Both the position numbers and the translations under genes were made by a program. Of a stretch of 46,788 nt of DNA, positions 16,260 to 26,172 are shown in pieces (position 1 is the stretch's first letter; each line of letters opens with the position of its first letter). The DNA comes from a virus, in the IMG/VR virus record IMGVR_UViG_3300040801_003297. The stretch is one strand, 5' to 3'. The notes below the pieces were generated by a model. The model had not been told where the DNA came from. It saw only the letters and a program-made list of their open reading frames with translations, and made no database searches.

Positions 16260-19200
16260 ATGGCCTTCAAAGAACAGATAGTTGAGCTAGTACTCAGAGC
16301 CCGTGATTCGATGTCGAAGGGCACGAACGCGGCGGCCAAGTCTGTTGAAGAACTCGCCGGAAACGCTGAAGGACTACAAGACAAGCTCAAGGTGCTCGAA
16401 GATCAGGGCACCCTAATACGACAATTCACGAATGCTTCGAAGGCAGTAGACAAAGCTGCCTCCTCGTACGAAAAAGCTCAAGCGCAAACTACCCGCCTCG
16501 GGGAAAAGATAGAAGCTACGGCCGGCGTCGCACGACGTCAAGCGGTCGAGTTTGAACTCGCTCAGAAAGCTGTCGGCAGCGCCGAGACCGACTACCGTAG
16601 AGCGGAAGCTACACTGGCGAGTCTGGCCGATGAGATCGCTCGGACTGGTGTCGCTACCGAGGATCAAGCTAAAGAGTTTGAGCGGGCCTCGAAGCTAGTC
16701 GATCGAACAGGGACGGCGTACCAAAAAGCCGAACTGCGTCTCGACGCTCTGTCCGACAAGATGGATCGGACGGCTAACCTCACCGACCGACAAGCGAAAG
16801 AGTTCGAAGACGCACAAAAGGCGGTAGCCGCTGCGGAGCGAGAGTATAAGCGCGCAGAAGGCACCCTGGGAACTCTAGCCAATGAGGCGCAAGCCGCCGG
16901 CATCGACATTGGGAACCTAGGCGAAGCGCAAAAAGAAAATTCGAGAGAGACTGCTAAAGCAGCACGAGCTCTTGAAGACTACAACACAGAACTTGACGAC
17001 GGCAACACGAAGCTCGGATCATTCCGAGAACGCCTCAGCAGCGGTGTCGGCGTCTTCGCGGCGTGGGGCGCGGCCGCTGCTGCGGCGGGTGCGGCTCTCG
17101 CAGTTGGAACGCTGGCACGATTCACCGCCAGTCAAGCCGATCTAGCACGACAAACTCTCGCCAGCGCCAATGCGTTCGGCATTTCCGTTGAGGCGCTACA
17201 GACGTGGCAGGCGGCGAGCAGACAGGTCGGCATAGAAGGCGATAAGGTCGCCGACATCATGAAAGACGTTGCCGAGAAAATCGGTGACGCATACCTGACA
17301 GGCGGAGGCGAAGCACGCGACGTCATTCAGGGTCTCGGCCTTGACATCGAAAAGCTGATCAACCTCTCGCCTGACGAGCAGATCCTAGCGATTGCGAGAG
17401 AGCTGGACGGCATGCCTAAGGCGGGTCAGATCCAGATCCTCGAGGCCTTGGCGAGTGACGCCTCTCTACTCCTGCCGCTGCTGGACAACAATGCCGCTAA
17501 ACTTCGAGAATTCGGTGAGATAGCCGCGGCACGAAATCAGATCTTCACTAAAGAAGAGCTCGAACAGCTCGCCGAGGTCAACAAAACTTTCGGCCGTATC
17601 ACCGCGCAGGTCTCCACGTTCGCTAAGCGGGTCGCCATATCTCTAGCGCCTGCCTTTAACGAAGCGGGCGAGGCGATCGACAAAGCGCTGGCCGACACGC
17701 CGGAACTGCTCGACAAGATCACCGGCTTCTTGACCACACTGGTGACTAAGTTCACAGACTTCGCCACTAACGTTGTCGACGAAGGCAGTGCTGTCCGCAA
17801 CACGATCACGTCGATCATCGAGACTGCTAAGGGAATCGCCAACGTATTCGAGGCGGGCTTCCGAGGCGTGCAGGCTTTTGCGGCCGGCTCTCTCGAGGTC
17901 ATTGCCCGCACAGCGTTTTCGATTCAGTCTCTGATCACTAAGACAACTCGCGGTCTGAATCAAATCGGGATCGCGTCTGACGAATCGGTGCAGGCGGCGG
18001 AAGCGCGTCTTGCCAACCTCGGCTTAGTCGTTCAGGATCTCGAGGCGCAGGCTAACTCGTACAAGCAGCAAATGAAGGATGCCGGCAGTTCCGCTGTCAC
18101 GGCGTTCGGTGCGGCTTCTGACGCCGCCGAAAACGCGGCAGCCTCGACTGCGCAAGCTGCGGCGAGCGCGCTGAAGCTAGACACCGCAAGTAAGAAAGTC
18201 GACGAGACTATAAAGAAGCAGGCGGTTAACCAGCAAGAGCTGTCTCGACAAATCATCGCGACTGCCGAAGCTGCAGAAGCCGCATTCGCCGTCTGGCAGC
18301 AAGATCCTACTGAAGAGAACCTGCAAAAGTATCAGGCACTGAAAGCTGCGCTCGCGGAACTTCAAGAGTCTCTCAGGAACACTGATCTTAATCTGCCCGA
18401 CCCGCCTGACACGTCTGACGTCAAGGACTACGTCGACAACCTTAAGAACGCCGGCGATGAGACGCAGAAGGTTGGTCAGGAGTCGGAGCGCACTTACAAG
18501 CAAGTCGTCATACTTGGAGAGAAGTCCAAGGAGACCGGCGAGCAAATGGAAGAGGCCGGGTCGAAAGGCAGCGCGGCGTTTGCCGTATTATCTGGGGCGA
18601 TTTCCGGATACCTCCAGCAGATGGCACAGCTTAGTGTTCAGGCTCGAGACCAGTTCATCTCGTTCGCCTCTGGGACTAAGGTCGCGACCGCTTCAACTGA
18701 CGAGCTGACAAGCCGGATCGGAGAGCTGGACACTAGGCTGCAAGAGCTGCGGTTCAATAACCTGCGAACTGTGGACGCGACCGGCCTTCAAGGTGTGCTC
18801 AACAAACTCGGCACGAGTGCAGCGCTTGTCGAGAAGCAGTTCCTACAGCAAAAGCTGGCGCTACGGGATTTGGGTACGGCGTACGACGAAGGTCGAATCA
18901 AGACAGTCAACTTCATCAGCTCGACAGAAAACGCGCTCAGATCGGCGACGCTACTCGATGAGCAGACGCTTTCGCAATTCCGAGGAGCGATCGATCAAGC
19001 TCGTGCAGCCATGGAGTCGTTGCGTGATGAGACGCAAGGTACGGTCAGCACATTGCAAGACGAGTTGGATCGGCTACAGGGAAACACCGCTGCGATCGAA
19101 GAGCGCCGATTCCAAGAGCAGATTCGCGATCTACAAGATCGGCTTGAGCTCGCACAGAGAACAGGCGACGCTGAATCTATAGCGAATGCGAAAGAAGCGC

Positions 19201-19466
19201 TCGCTCTGGCGCAACAGATCAAGAGCGTGAAAGACGAAGAGATCAGAGCGGCTCAAGCAGAACGGGCGGCTCAGCAACGCGATCGCCAAGTGCAGAGTCA
19301 GTCAAGAACAACGACGACGAGCTCTCCGACACGCGATGGCGGTACGGTCACCCTCAACCTCCAGTCTGGCGGGCAGCCTGTCGGCACGCTTTCAGGGGTC
19401 GACGCAGGTGAAGCCCAACAGTTGCTCGATGCGCTTCAGCGTGCCGGGCTCAGCGTAGCAGGATAA
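16260..19466 (+). CDS. Tail tape measure protein
   Basis: 1068 aa, coiled-coil rich. The central segment FGISVEALQTWQAASRQVGIEGDKVADIMKDVAEKIGDAY...LGLDIEKL...LEALASDASLLLPLL is a typical tape-measure core. Confidence 0.85.
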   Translation: MAFKEQIVELVLRARDSMSKGTNAAAKSVEELAGNAEGLQDKLKVLEDQGTLIRQFTNASKAVDKAASSYEKAQAQTTRLGEKIEATAGVARRQAVEFELAQKAVGSAETDYRRAEATLASLADEIARTGVATEDQAKEFERASKLVDRTGTAYQKAELRLDALSDKMDRTANLTDRQAKEFEDAQKAVAAAEREYKRAEGTLGTLANEAQAAGIDIGNLGEAQKENSRETAKAARALEDYNTELDDGNTKLGSFRERLSSGVGVFAAWGAAAAAAGAALAVGTLARFTASQADLARQTLASANAFGISVEALQTWQAASRQVGIEGDKVADIMKDVAEKIGDAYLTGGGEARDVIQGLGLDIEKLINLSPDEQILAIARELDGMPKAGQIQILEALASDASLLLPLLDNNAAKLREFGEIAAARNQIFTKEELEQLAEVNKTFGRITAQVSTFAKRVAISLAPAFNEAGEAIDKALADTPELLDKITGFLTTLVTKFTDFATNVVDEGSAVRNTITSIIETAKGIANVFEAGFRGVQAFAAGSLEVIARTAFSIQSLITKTTRGLNQIGIASDESVQAAEARLANLGLVVQDLEAQANSYKQQMKDAGSSAVTAFGAASDAAENAAASTAQAAASALKLDTASKKVDETIKKQAVNQQELSRQIIATAEAAEAAFAVWQQDPTEENLQKYQALKAALAELQESLRNTDLNLPDPPDTSDVKDYVDNLKNAGDETQKVGQESERTYKQVVILGEKSKETGEQMEEAGSKGSAAFAVLSGAISGYLQQMAQLSVQARDQFISFASGTKVATASTDELTSRIGELDTRLQELRFNNLRTVDATGLQGVLNKLGTSAALVEKQFLQQKLALRDLGTAYDEGRIKTVNFISSTENALRSATLLDEQTLSQFRGAIDQARAAMESLRDETQGTVSTLQDELDRLQGNTAAIEERRFQEQIRDLQDRLELAQRTGDAESIANAKEALALAQQIKSVKDEEIRAAQAERAAQQRDRQVQSQSRTTTTSSPTRDGGTVTLNLQSGGQPVGTLSGVDAGEAQQLLDALQRAGLSVAG

Positions 19467-19470
19467 GAAA

Positions 19471-19869
19471 ATGACAGTATCGATCGACGGCATCTTACTC
19501 CCCGAAGATATTCAGTGGATAGACGAGTTCACCGGCTTTGGCGTTGGGCAGGTCATTACGCCTACCCTGACAGGCGCCCTGTTGGTCGAGGAGACGACTC
19601 AGCCGGCAGGACGACAGATCACCCTAGCCACCGGACCGGATGTGTGGGTGCGCAAGTCTGTGGTCCTCCAGCTGGAGACTCTTGTCGCTGCGCCTCTGGC
19701 TTCTGACACGTCGCTGCCCTTAGTCTGGGGCGATGGGCGAACTTTCGATGTCGTGTTCGATCGCAGTCGAGGTCCGGGTATGCGAGCCGTTGAGATGAAG
19801 CGGCTGGCCGCCGGGGTACAGACCAATGACCACTGGTATACAATTGAGCTCAATCTTTTAACCGTATAA
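19471..19869 (+). CDS. Minor/distal tail protein (gpM position)
   Basis: 132-aa ORF with an RBS, immediately after the tape measure. Confidence 0.5.
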   Translation: MTVSIDGILLPEDIQWIDEFTGFGVGQVITPTLTGALLVEETTQPAGRQITLATGPDVWVRKSVVLQLETLVAAPLASDTSLPLVWGDGRTFDVVFDRSRGPGMRAVEMKRLAAGVQTNDHWYTIELNLLTV

Positions 19870-19885
19870 AACGGGGCACTTATTC

Positions 19886-22800
19886 ATGGCAATCAATCCC
19901 GAAGATGTAAAGCTGTACGAGAGCCAAGTGCTCAGCGATGAAGACGATGGCGGTGGGCGCGCGACCGGTGTCGAGATCATCGACGGCCAGATCAATAACC
20001 TCTTCCCTGACATATCGCGACTTGACAGAACGCTAGGCGACGTCGCGCTGCGTAAAGCGTTTCTCGGTATCGCGACCAACAACCAAGACGTCTACCTCGG
20101 CGCGCACGCCATCATCGTCGAGCCGCCGGCAGACCCCAACGTCAGCGTCGTCATGTTCGACGCCGGCAGCGAGAGCGACGAGCGCATTGACGCGCAGAAC
20201 CGAGTTGAGAGTTACGTGGTGCGAGGTTCACTTGCGCAATGGGATCTTTTAGGCAACCAGTTCGAAGGACAGCGGACTCTTGTCGGCTTCCAGCGAGAAG
20301 AGCAGCCGATCCCTGAAGTCGGTGACGTGTTCTTGCTCGATGACGTTGACGCGGGCAACATTCAGTACGTTCGCATCACCGAAGTAGAGACTAATGTCCA
20401 AGAGTTCAGCGTAATTCTAGGCAACTCTTCGGTCGTCAACTTCATTCGACGTCGCCTTGATCTTGGGATTAGCGCGCCGCTGCGGTTCACATTCCCTGGG
20501 GGCGAAGTTTATCCTGACGGCCCGCTAGGTTATCACGCCGACGTGAACGGGACTGAGGTCGCAGACGCGGCCCGATACTGGGGCGTCACTAAATCAGATG
20601 CTGAGATTGCTCCCGGGGACTTGACGATACGGGCGAAAAGCATATACGCTAACCTCGTGCCGAGCGCGCAAGCGGAAGCGCCAATCGTCGATGCTAGCTT
20701 TTTTCAGGAGCCTACGGATGTGAGAGCGGCTGCTGCAGCGAACTTGACCGCAGCCGTGTCGTTTTCTTACGTGACTTCGACGTCTGTCTTGGGGTACCTC
20801 ATTCGACCTGCTGTGAGAGGGAGCGTGTCGATCTCACTTTCGGGTAGTAACTATTCGGACCGAGGCGATGGCGTTTTGGAAAGAATAAGCGGCGCCGCCC
20901 CGTTTGCCGAACTCACGATAGACTACACTACAGGAAACATCGAGGGCGTTCGCACAAGCGGAACTGCGACTGTCGCGTCTGTCATAACAGGCACCGCGAC
21001 GTACCGCCCCGGCGTCCCATTTTCTGGACTGCGTCTGTCTTCCGCCACGCCTATCGACATCAACAATCGAGGCTTCAACTACATCGAGACTTTCCCTGCC
21101 AGTAAGCCTCGCCCTGGATCTTTGCTGATCAGCTATCGCGCACTCGGCAAGTGGTACACTGTACGAGATCGCGGAAACGGTGTGCTCGAAGGATTCGGTA
21201 GTGGCGCTATCAATTTTACGACGGGCACGTACAACGTAACTCTGGACGCACTTCCCGACGTCGGCAGCACGATCATCGTGGAGTATGTCGCGGACTACGC
21301 CGATCAAGTCAGCGAGCGAAGCGGGTCTGTTTCGAAGAACGGATCGATTACAATTCAGGCGACTGCGGCCGAAGGGATGGACCCCGGCAGCGTTGTGGTC
21401 ACGTACACCGCAGGCGGTATCGCCAAAACTCTGAACGACGTCGCTAACGTAGGCGAACTTGCCGGCGATGGCACCGGCACAGTGGACTACGCTGCGGGCA
21501 CAGTTACGTTCGAGCCGAGCATAACGCCTGACGACGCGACTAACGTTACGCTTGATTACGATAAGCTAGGGTCGAACACCTACATTGACGCGGCCCCTAC
21601 AATTTCGGCGGGAGTCGCTAACGGCACGATTCCGGGCGGGCCTTTTGTGCCCGGCACGATTGTTGCGCGATTTCTGTACAGACTCACCCGGGCGGGCTCA
21701 GTAGGAAACTCAACGTTTCTTGAGCGTGAAATCCAAGACGACGGGGCGGGCGGTTGGAAAGGTGGTTGGACTGGCACCATCGATTACACTACCGGCGCAT
21801 ACTCGCTAGGCATCAACACATTGTACACGAGAAACGGAATCAGAGTGAGCTCGTATTGGGACGCCACGAACAGGGTCAACGTTCGGACAGAAACTCCGTA
21901 CTCATTCTCTTCAGAGACTGAGCTTTCAGGGCCGATCAATTTTGACTTTACGCCTGCTTCGGCGAGCGCTGTGTCGGGAAGCGATTCGCAACCCGTCACA
22001 AGCATCGCCTTTGACTTGTTCGATGATTTTGAATCGCTTATCCCGGGGGGTCTGCTTTTCGACTTTAATGGCAGCCGATACTTCGATCGCGACGGAATAC
22101 TTTACACAAACTTCGTAAGTCAGACGGGAGCGGCCAGCGCTGTAGGCACTGTCAATTATAGTGACGGCACGATCAGTCTAGATACTTGGCCGGATAACGC
22201 TGTCCCTGGATTGACTATCGTCGCAGCGGCGACAACGACAGCTGAGATTATCGCATCGAACGTCGCGTTTAGAACTGGAGGCGCGCCGCTCAGGCCTCAA
22301 AGCTTGTTGATCACCGTCACCGATGAAGAAGGCAACATCATTAACGAGACCGCTGCTCTCGATGGAACCATTACGGGCGCTGCAGTTACCGGGACGGTGA
22401 ACGTAGAGACGGGCGTCGTAGATCTTCAGTTCACGGATGGCGTTGACGAGATATACGTGTATCCGGAGACGGGCCGCTACAGCGCAGTCGTTGTCAGCTT
22501 CTTGCCGCTAGACGCTGAGATTATCGGTCTAGATCCCGTGCGACTGCCAAGCGACGGTCGGGTTCCCGTATTTCGTGAAGGCGACGTCATCGTGTTGAGC
22601 CACACTATCGAGACTAACATCGGTACCCCGGTGGCTGACGACGTCGAAACTCTTTCGCGTACTAATCAAGCGGCGATTGAAGTAGTCGACTCAGCGGGAG
22701 TTCTGCTGGATCCGGCGATGTACACGGTAGACAAGGACGCGGGTACAGTTACATTCGCTAACCCGCTCACCCTTCAGGCCGAGAACCTCGCCGTGCTCAC

Positions 22801-23398
22801 GCCGCCTATGATCATCAAAGATCGTATCGAACACATGAGCGTAGTCAATGACGTACAGATTAGCGGCGAGCTTTCATTTATCGCGCCCGTCGCGCATACG
22901 TTTCCCGCCGACGACACTATAATCAGTAGCGCTAAAGTTTGGGGCGACATCAACTCTCGCGCCTTCGACTTCTTCACGCAGCGCACTTGGAACAGCGGCG
23001 CGCCTAACTGGACAGGCGATCGAATCGGTGACGACACCACGGCGAACTATAACATCGTCGACAACCCTCTGGAGATTGCCAACGACGGAGCCATCACAGA
23101 GAAGTGGGCTATCGTGTTCACAAGCGCGACGACCTTCAACGTAGTTGGAGAGACTCTGGGTATTATCGCCACAGGCAGCACAGGGGTCGACCTCGCTCCT
23201 ACCAACCCGAACACGGGCACGCCGTACTTCGTAATGCGTAATGCAGGTTGGGGATCTGGATGGGCTTCGGGCAACGCCGTGCGATTCAATACAGAAGGCT
23301 GTCTCGCCCCTGTGTGGTTGTGCAGAACTGTGTTGTCGGGAGGCGCGACTGAGGACGATGATCAGTTCGTGCTCCAAGTGAGAGGAGATGCTGACTGA
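19886..23398 (+). CDS. Large distal tail / tail-tip hub protein
   Basis: 1170-aa uninterrupted ORF following the gpM-position gene; function assigned from size and position only. Confidence 0.6.
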   Translation: MAINPEDVKLYESQVLSDEDDGGGRATGVEIIDGQINNLFPDISRLDRTLGDVALRKAFLGIATNNQDVYLGAHAIIVEPPADPNVSVVMFDAGSESDERIDAQNRVESYVVRGSLAQWDLLGNQFEGQRTLVGFQREEQPIPEVGDVFLLDDVDAGNIQYVRITEVETNVQEFSVILGNSSVVNFIRRRLDLGISAPLRFTFPGGEVYPDGPLGYHADVNGTEVADAARYWGVTKSDAEIAPGDLTIRAKSIYANLVPSAQAEAPIVDASFFQEPTDVRAAAAANLTAAVSFSYVTSTSVLGYLIRPAVRGSVSISLSGSNYSDRGDGVLERISGAAPFAELTIDYTTGNIEGVRTSGTATVASVITGTATYRPGVPFSGLRLSSATPIDINNRGFNYIETFPASKPRPGSLLISYRALGKWYTVRDRGNGVLEGFGSGAINFTTGTYNVTLDALPDVGSTIIVEYVADYADQVSERSGSVSKNGSITIQATAAEGMDPGSVVVTYTAGGIAKTLNDVANVGELAGDGTGTVDYAAGTVTFEPSITPDDATNVTLDYDKLGSNTYIDAAPTISAGVANGTIPGGPFVPGTIVARFLYRLTRAGSVGNSTFLEREIQDDGAGGWKGGWTGTIDYTTGAYSLGINTLYTRNGIRVSSYWDATNRVNVRTETPYSFSSETELSGPINFDFTPASASAVSGSDSQPVTSIAFDLFDDFESLIPGGLLFDFNGSRYFDRDGILYTNFVSQTGAASAVGTVNYSDGTISLDTWPDNAVPGLTIVAAATTTAEIIASNVAFRTGGAPLRPQSLLITVTDEEGNIINETAALDGTITGAAVTGTVNVETGVVDLQFTDGVDEIYVYPETGRYSAVVVSFLPLDAEIIGLDPVRLPSDGRVPVFREGDVIVLSHTIETNIGTPVADDVETLSRTNQAAIEVVDSAGVLLDPAMYTVDKDAGTVTFANPLTLQAENLAVLTPPMIIKDRIEHMSVVNDVQISGELSFIAPVAHTFPADDTIISSAKVWGDINSRAFDFFTQRTWNSGAPNWTGDRIGDDTTANYNIVDNPLEIANDGAITEKWAIVFTSATTFNVVGETLGIIATGSTGVDLAPTNPNTGTPYFVMRNAGWGSGWASGNAVRFNTEGCLAPVWLCRTVLSGGATEDDDQFVLQVRGDAD

Positions 23399-26163
23399 TG
23401 TATGATCTCGACTACGATCCTCACTGGGACAACGTAGACTTTTACCTGCCTGTAAAATCGGAGTCGCCTGCTCTGGAGGTTTTTCGAGGCATCGCCGATA
23501 GTGATTGGGTCCCTACCACAGCGACGCTCACGGTTAGCACCTCCTTCCCTGGCGGCGCGGATCGAAGCCTTGCTGGCGCGGGCGACACGGCTGCGAGGGT
23601 TAATACGTACGTTCGCAATGACGAGCTAGAGCTCAGCGGCGAATGGACTGTCGAGTGGCACGCCCGCTCGCCCACCACCCGGACAAACTGGCTGGAATTT
23701 TTTAGTGCTGCTAACGCCAGAGTCGGCACCAGCTTTATGCGAGAGTTCGGCCCAGGAGCAACGCTGATCGCTTTCGGCGGTTCAGTAAATGGCGCCGGCG
23801 CATGGCTTGCAGGGCAAGGAGCGCCTCAGCATATTCTTTGTCAGCTTCGGGTCGACGGAGCGACGACTTACCTTGAAGCCTTTGTGGACGGCGTCCGACG
23901 ATTTCAGGTTATAGACCCGGACCCGGCGAGCCAAGGGTTCACGGGCTTCATAAAGACCATGCATATCGGGCAGGCGTTCCCTGGTGCAACGCGCTGGCTT
24001 GCCGGCGTCATGGACAACATCCGGATCACGAAGGACGTTGCTCGCGCTGTTGGCGGCGCGGATTTCACGCCGCCAATTATCGGCAGCACCTACCCTACTG
24101 TCGGGCCTCCGGATTTTACCAGCGGTCTAGTCAGCGGAGTCGTTAACGTCAATGGGTCGCCCGCCATCCGCGAGTTGATAGCGATTACTTGGGCGAAACA
24201 GACATACGTCGAAGACGGGAACACGGTCGTACAGCGTAGAATAGTCGGTTCGACAATCAGCGACGAGTTCGGCGCGTACGAAATAAACACCGGAACTTTT
24301 ATCGAAGAAGTCATCATTCTTGCTCTGGAAAATTACGGGCAGGTATGGCAACCTAATCGCGCGCTAGAAGTCGGTGACCGAATTAGACCGACCCAGCCGA
24401 ACCAGAACGGCTACGTCTACGAGGTTACGCTCGCCGGCTCGAGCGGTACAGAAGAGCCTACGTGGATCGTGCCTACTGAATCTGTCAACACGCAGACGAT
24501 CGGAGCGTGCACGGCGCTTGCGCTACCGCTCTACTGGTCAGTTGCGCACGCTCCTGTCGTCCCGGAACCGCAGGGCGCTCTACCGTGGGCGCCGACTGAC
24601 GCGCCGCTCATACAGCTGATCGATCCGAGCGATGAAGAAGCAGGGCACACGTTGGTCGGCGTGAACTACAGCGTCATGGTAGACACCAGCGGCAACGGCA
24701 GGAACTTTATCCAGAACACCGACACGCTTCGCCCTCAGAGGTTGCCCGACTGGATCGGCGCCAACGTCGGAATGACATTTACGACTCGCCGCTGGATGGA
24801 CGCGCCATTTCCGGACAACACCGCGGACTTTGCGATTGTCCTGCTCTTAAAGCGTGACGCTGTGACGATAAACGGAGCGGGCAATCTAAGCATCTACAAC
24901 GCTATCGCGTCAGCGAGTTCGGTTGAAGCGTCACGCTACACGCAGGCGGCCTACAACGGCACGGCGTTTTTCAGCTCGCCTAACATTGGGGGCGCGAGTC
25001 TTACCGGGCCCGCAGTCGATAGTGATCCGCATATTGTGGTTCACCGAGTCAGGATGGGAGGAACGAGCGAATACCGGCACGACGGTGCCTTGGTAGACAG
25101 CGCCGATACTTCTGCGCAGGTTCCTGTCAATGGAGTGACAAATCGGATCGGGCAGCACCGTTGGGGCAATGACGCCTTTTTCATGATCGGCACGATCGGA
25201 TTTTACGCGATCATGCAAGCGCCGTCGGAGTTAGACGTACAAAGAATGGAAGGCTACCTCGCTCACCGATTTGATCTGACCGCTGTGCTTCCTGTCGATC
25301 ATCCGTTCAAGATCAACCCGCCGACCAATGCGGCTCCGGCCTTGTGGACGCCAGAGCAGCTTACCGATCTCGCAGTCTGGCTTGACGCAAGCGACGAAAC
25401 TACGGTCACTCAGGCAGCAGGCGTGGTCAGTCAGTGGAACGACAAATCGGCAAATCTGTTTACATTCCAGAATCCGACCGCGCCTAGCGCGCCGAGCGTC
25501 GGGGCTTTGCTCAATGGTAACCCCGTCATCGACTTTGACGGCACTGACGATGTTCTAGTGTCTCAGCAGGCGGCGGCGCAATTCGCGTTCTTAAACGAGT
25601 TAACTCCCGTACATCTCTTTTGTGTGTTCAAGCCCGGCAACGGCGCCGATGTGAATGCGCTTATGGGCATAGTCAACACGGGTCGGAACTCTTCGGCTAC
25701 CAGAGGGTATAGCTTCAACTTCGATGATCGAGCCGCGCAGTCGCGAAACAACGCGATCCTTTCGTTTATCTCGGGCGGTCCTGGACCGACAGCACCGATT
25801 GACGCGACATTCCTCGACACGGCGCCTGCTAATACTTACACTCTAGCGGCCGTGCGGACCGACGTTGACGCAGTCGCGGCGCAGAGAAGTAGTCTATGGG
25901 TGAACGGTGAGGCGACAGCTCGGCAGACTAACGCCAAGACCGAGACGATGACCCTAGGCAATCCTGTGCATCCGCTTACGCTGGGGGCAATGGGCGATCT
26001 TTCTTTCTTCTTCGAAGGACAGATAGCCGAAATCATCATTGTCGATGGAGACCTTACCGACGCCGAGCGGAATCGCGTCGAAGGATACCTCGCTTGGAAG
26101 TGGGGGCAACAAGCGAACCTCCCCGTGTCGCACCCGCACGCCGACGCTGCGCCGACAGTCTAG
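23398..26163 (+). CDS. Tail fibre / host-recognition protein with two LamG-like (concanavalin-type) modules
   Basis: 921 aa. Two modules each end with the motif EGYLAHRFDLTAVLPVDHPFK or EGYLAWKWGQQANLPVSHPH, a C-terminal signature I associate with LamG-jellyroll phage proteins. Confidence 0.6.
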   Translation: MYDLDYDPHWDNVDFYLPVKSESPALEVFRGIADSDWVPTTATLTVSTSFPGGADRSLAGAGDTAARVNTYVRNDELELSGEWTVEWHARSPTTRTNWLEFFSAANARVGTSFMREFGPGATLIAFGGSVNGAGAWLAGQGAPQHILCQLRVDGATTYLEAFVDGVRRFQVIDPDPASQGFTGFIKTMHIGQAFPGATRWLAGVMDNIRITKDVARAVGGADFTPPIIGSTYPTVGPPDFTSGLVSGVVNVNGSPAIRELIAITWAKQTYVEDGNTVVQRRIVGSTISDEFGAYEINTGTFIEEVIILALENYGQVWQPNRALEVGDRIRPTQPNQNGYVYEVTLAGSSGTEEPTWIVPTESVNTQTIGACTALALPLYWSVAHAPVVPEPQGALPWAPTDAPLIQLIDPSDEEAGHTLVGVNYSVMVDTSGNGRNFIQNTDTLRPQRLPDWIGANVGMTFTTRRWMDAPFPDNTADFAIVLLLKRDAVTINGAGNLSIYNAIASASSVEASRYTQAAYNGTAFFSSPNIGGASLTGPAVDSDPHIVVHRVRMGGTSEYRHDGALVDSADTSAQVPVNGVTNRIGQHRWGNDAFFMIGTIGFYAIMQAPSELDVQRMEGYLAHRFDLTAVLPVDHPFKINPPTNAAPALWTPEQLTDLAVWLDASDETTVTQAAGVVSQWNDKSANLFTFQNPTAPSAPSVGALLNGNPVIDFDGTDDVLVSQQAAAQFAFLNELTPVHLFCVFKPGNGADVNALMGIVNTGRNSSATRGYSFNFDDRAAQSRNNAILSFISGGPGPTAPIDATFLDTAPANTYTLAAVRTDVDAVAAQRSSLWVNGEATARQTNAKTETMTLGNPVHPLTLGAMGDLSFFFEGQIAEIIIVDGDLTDAERNRVEGYLAWKWGQQANLPVSHPHADAAPTV

Positions 26164-26172
26164 GCCTAAACC

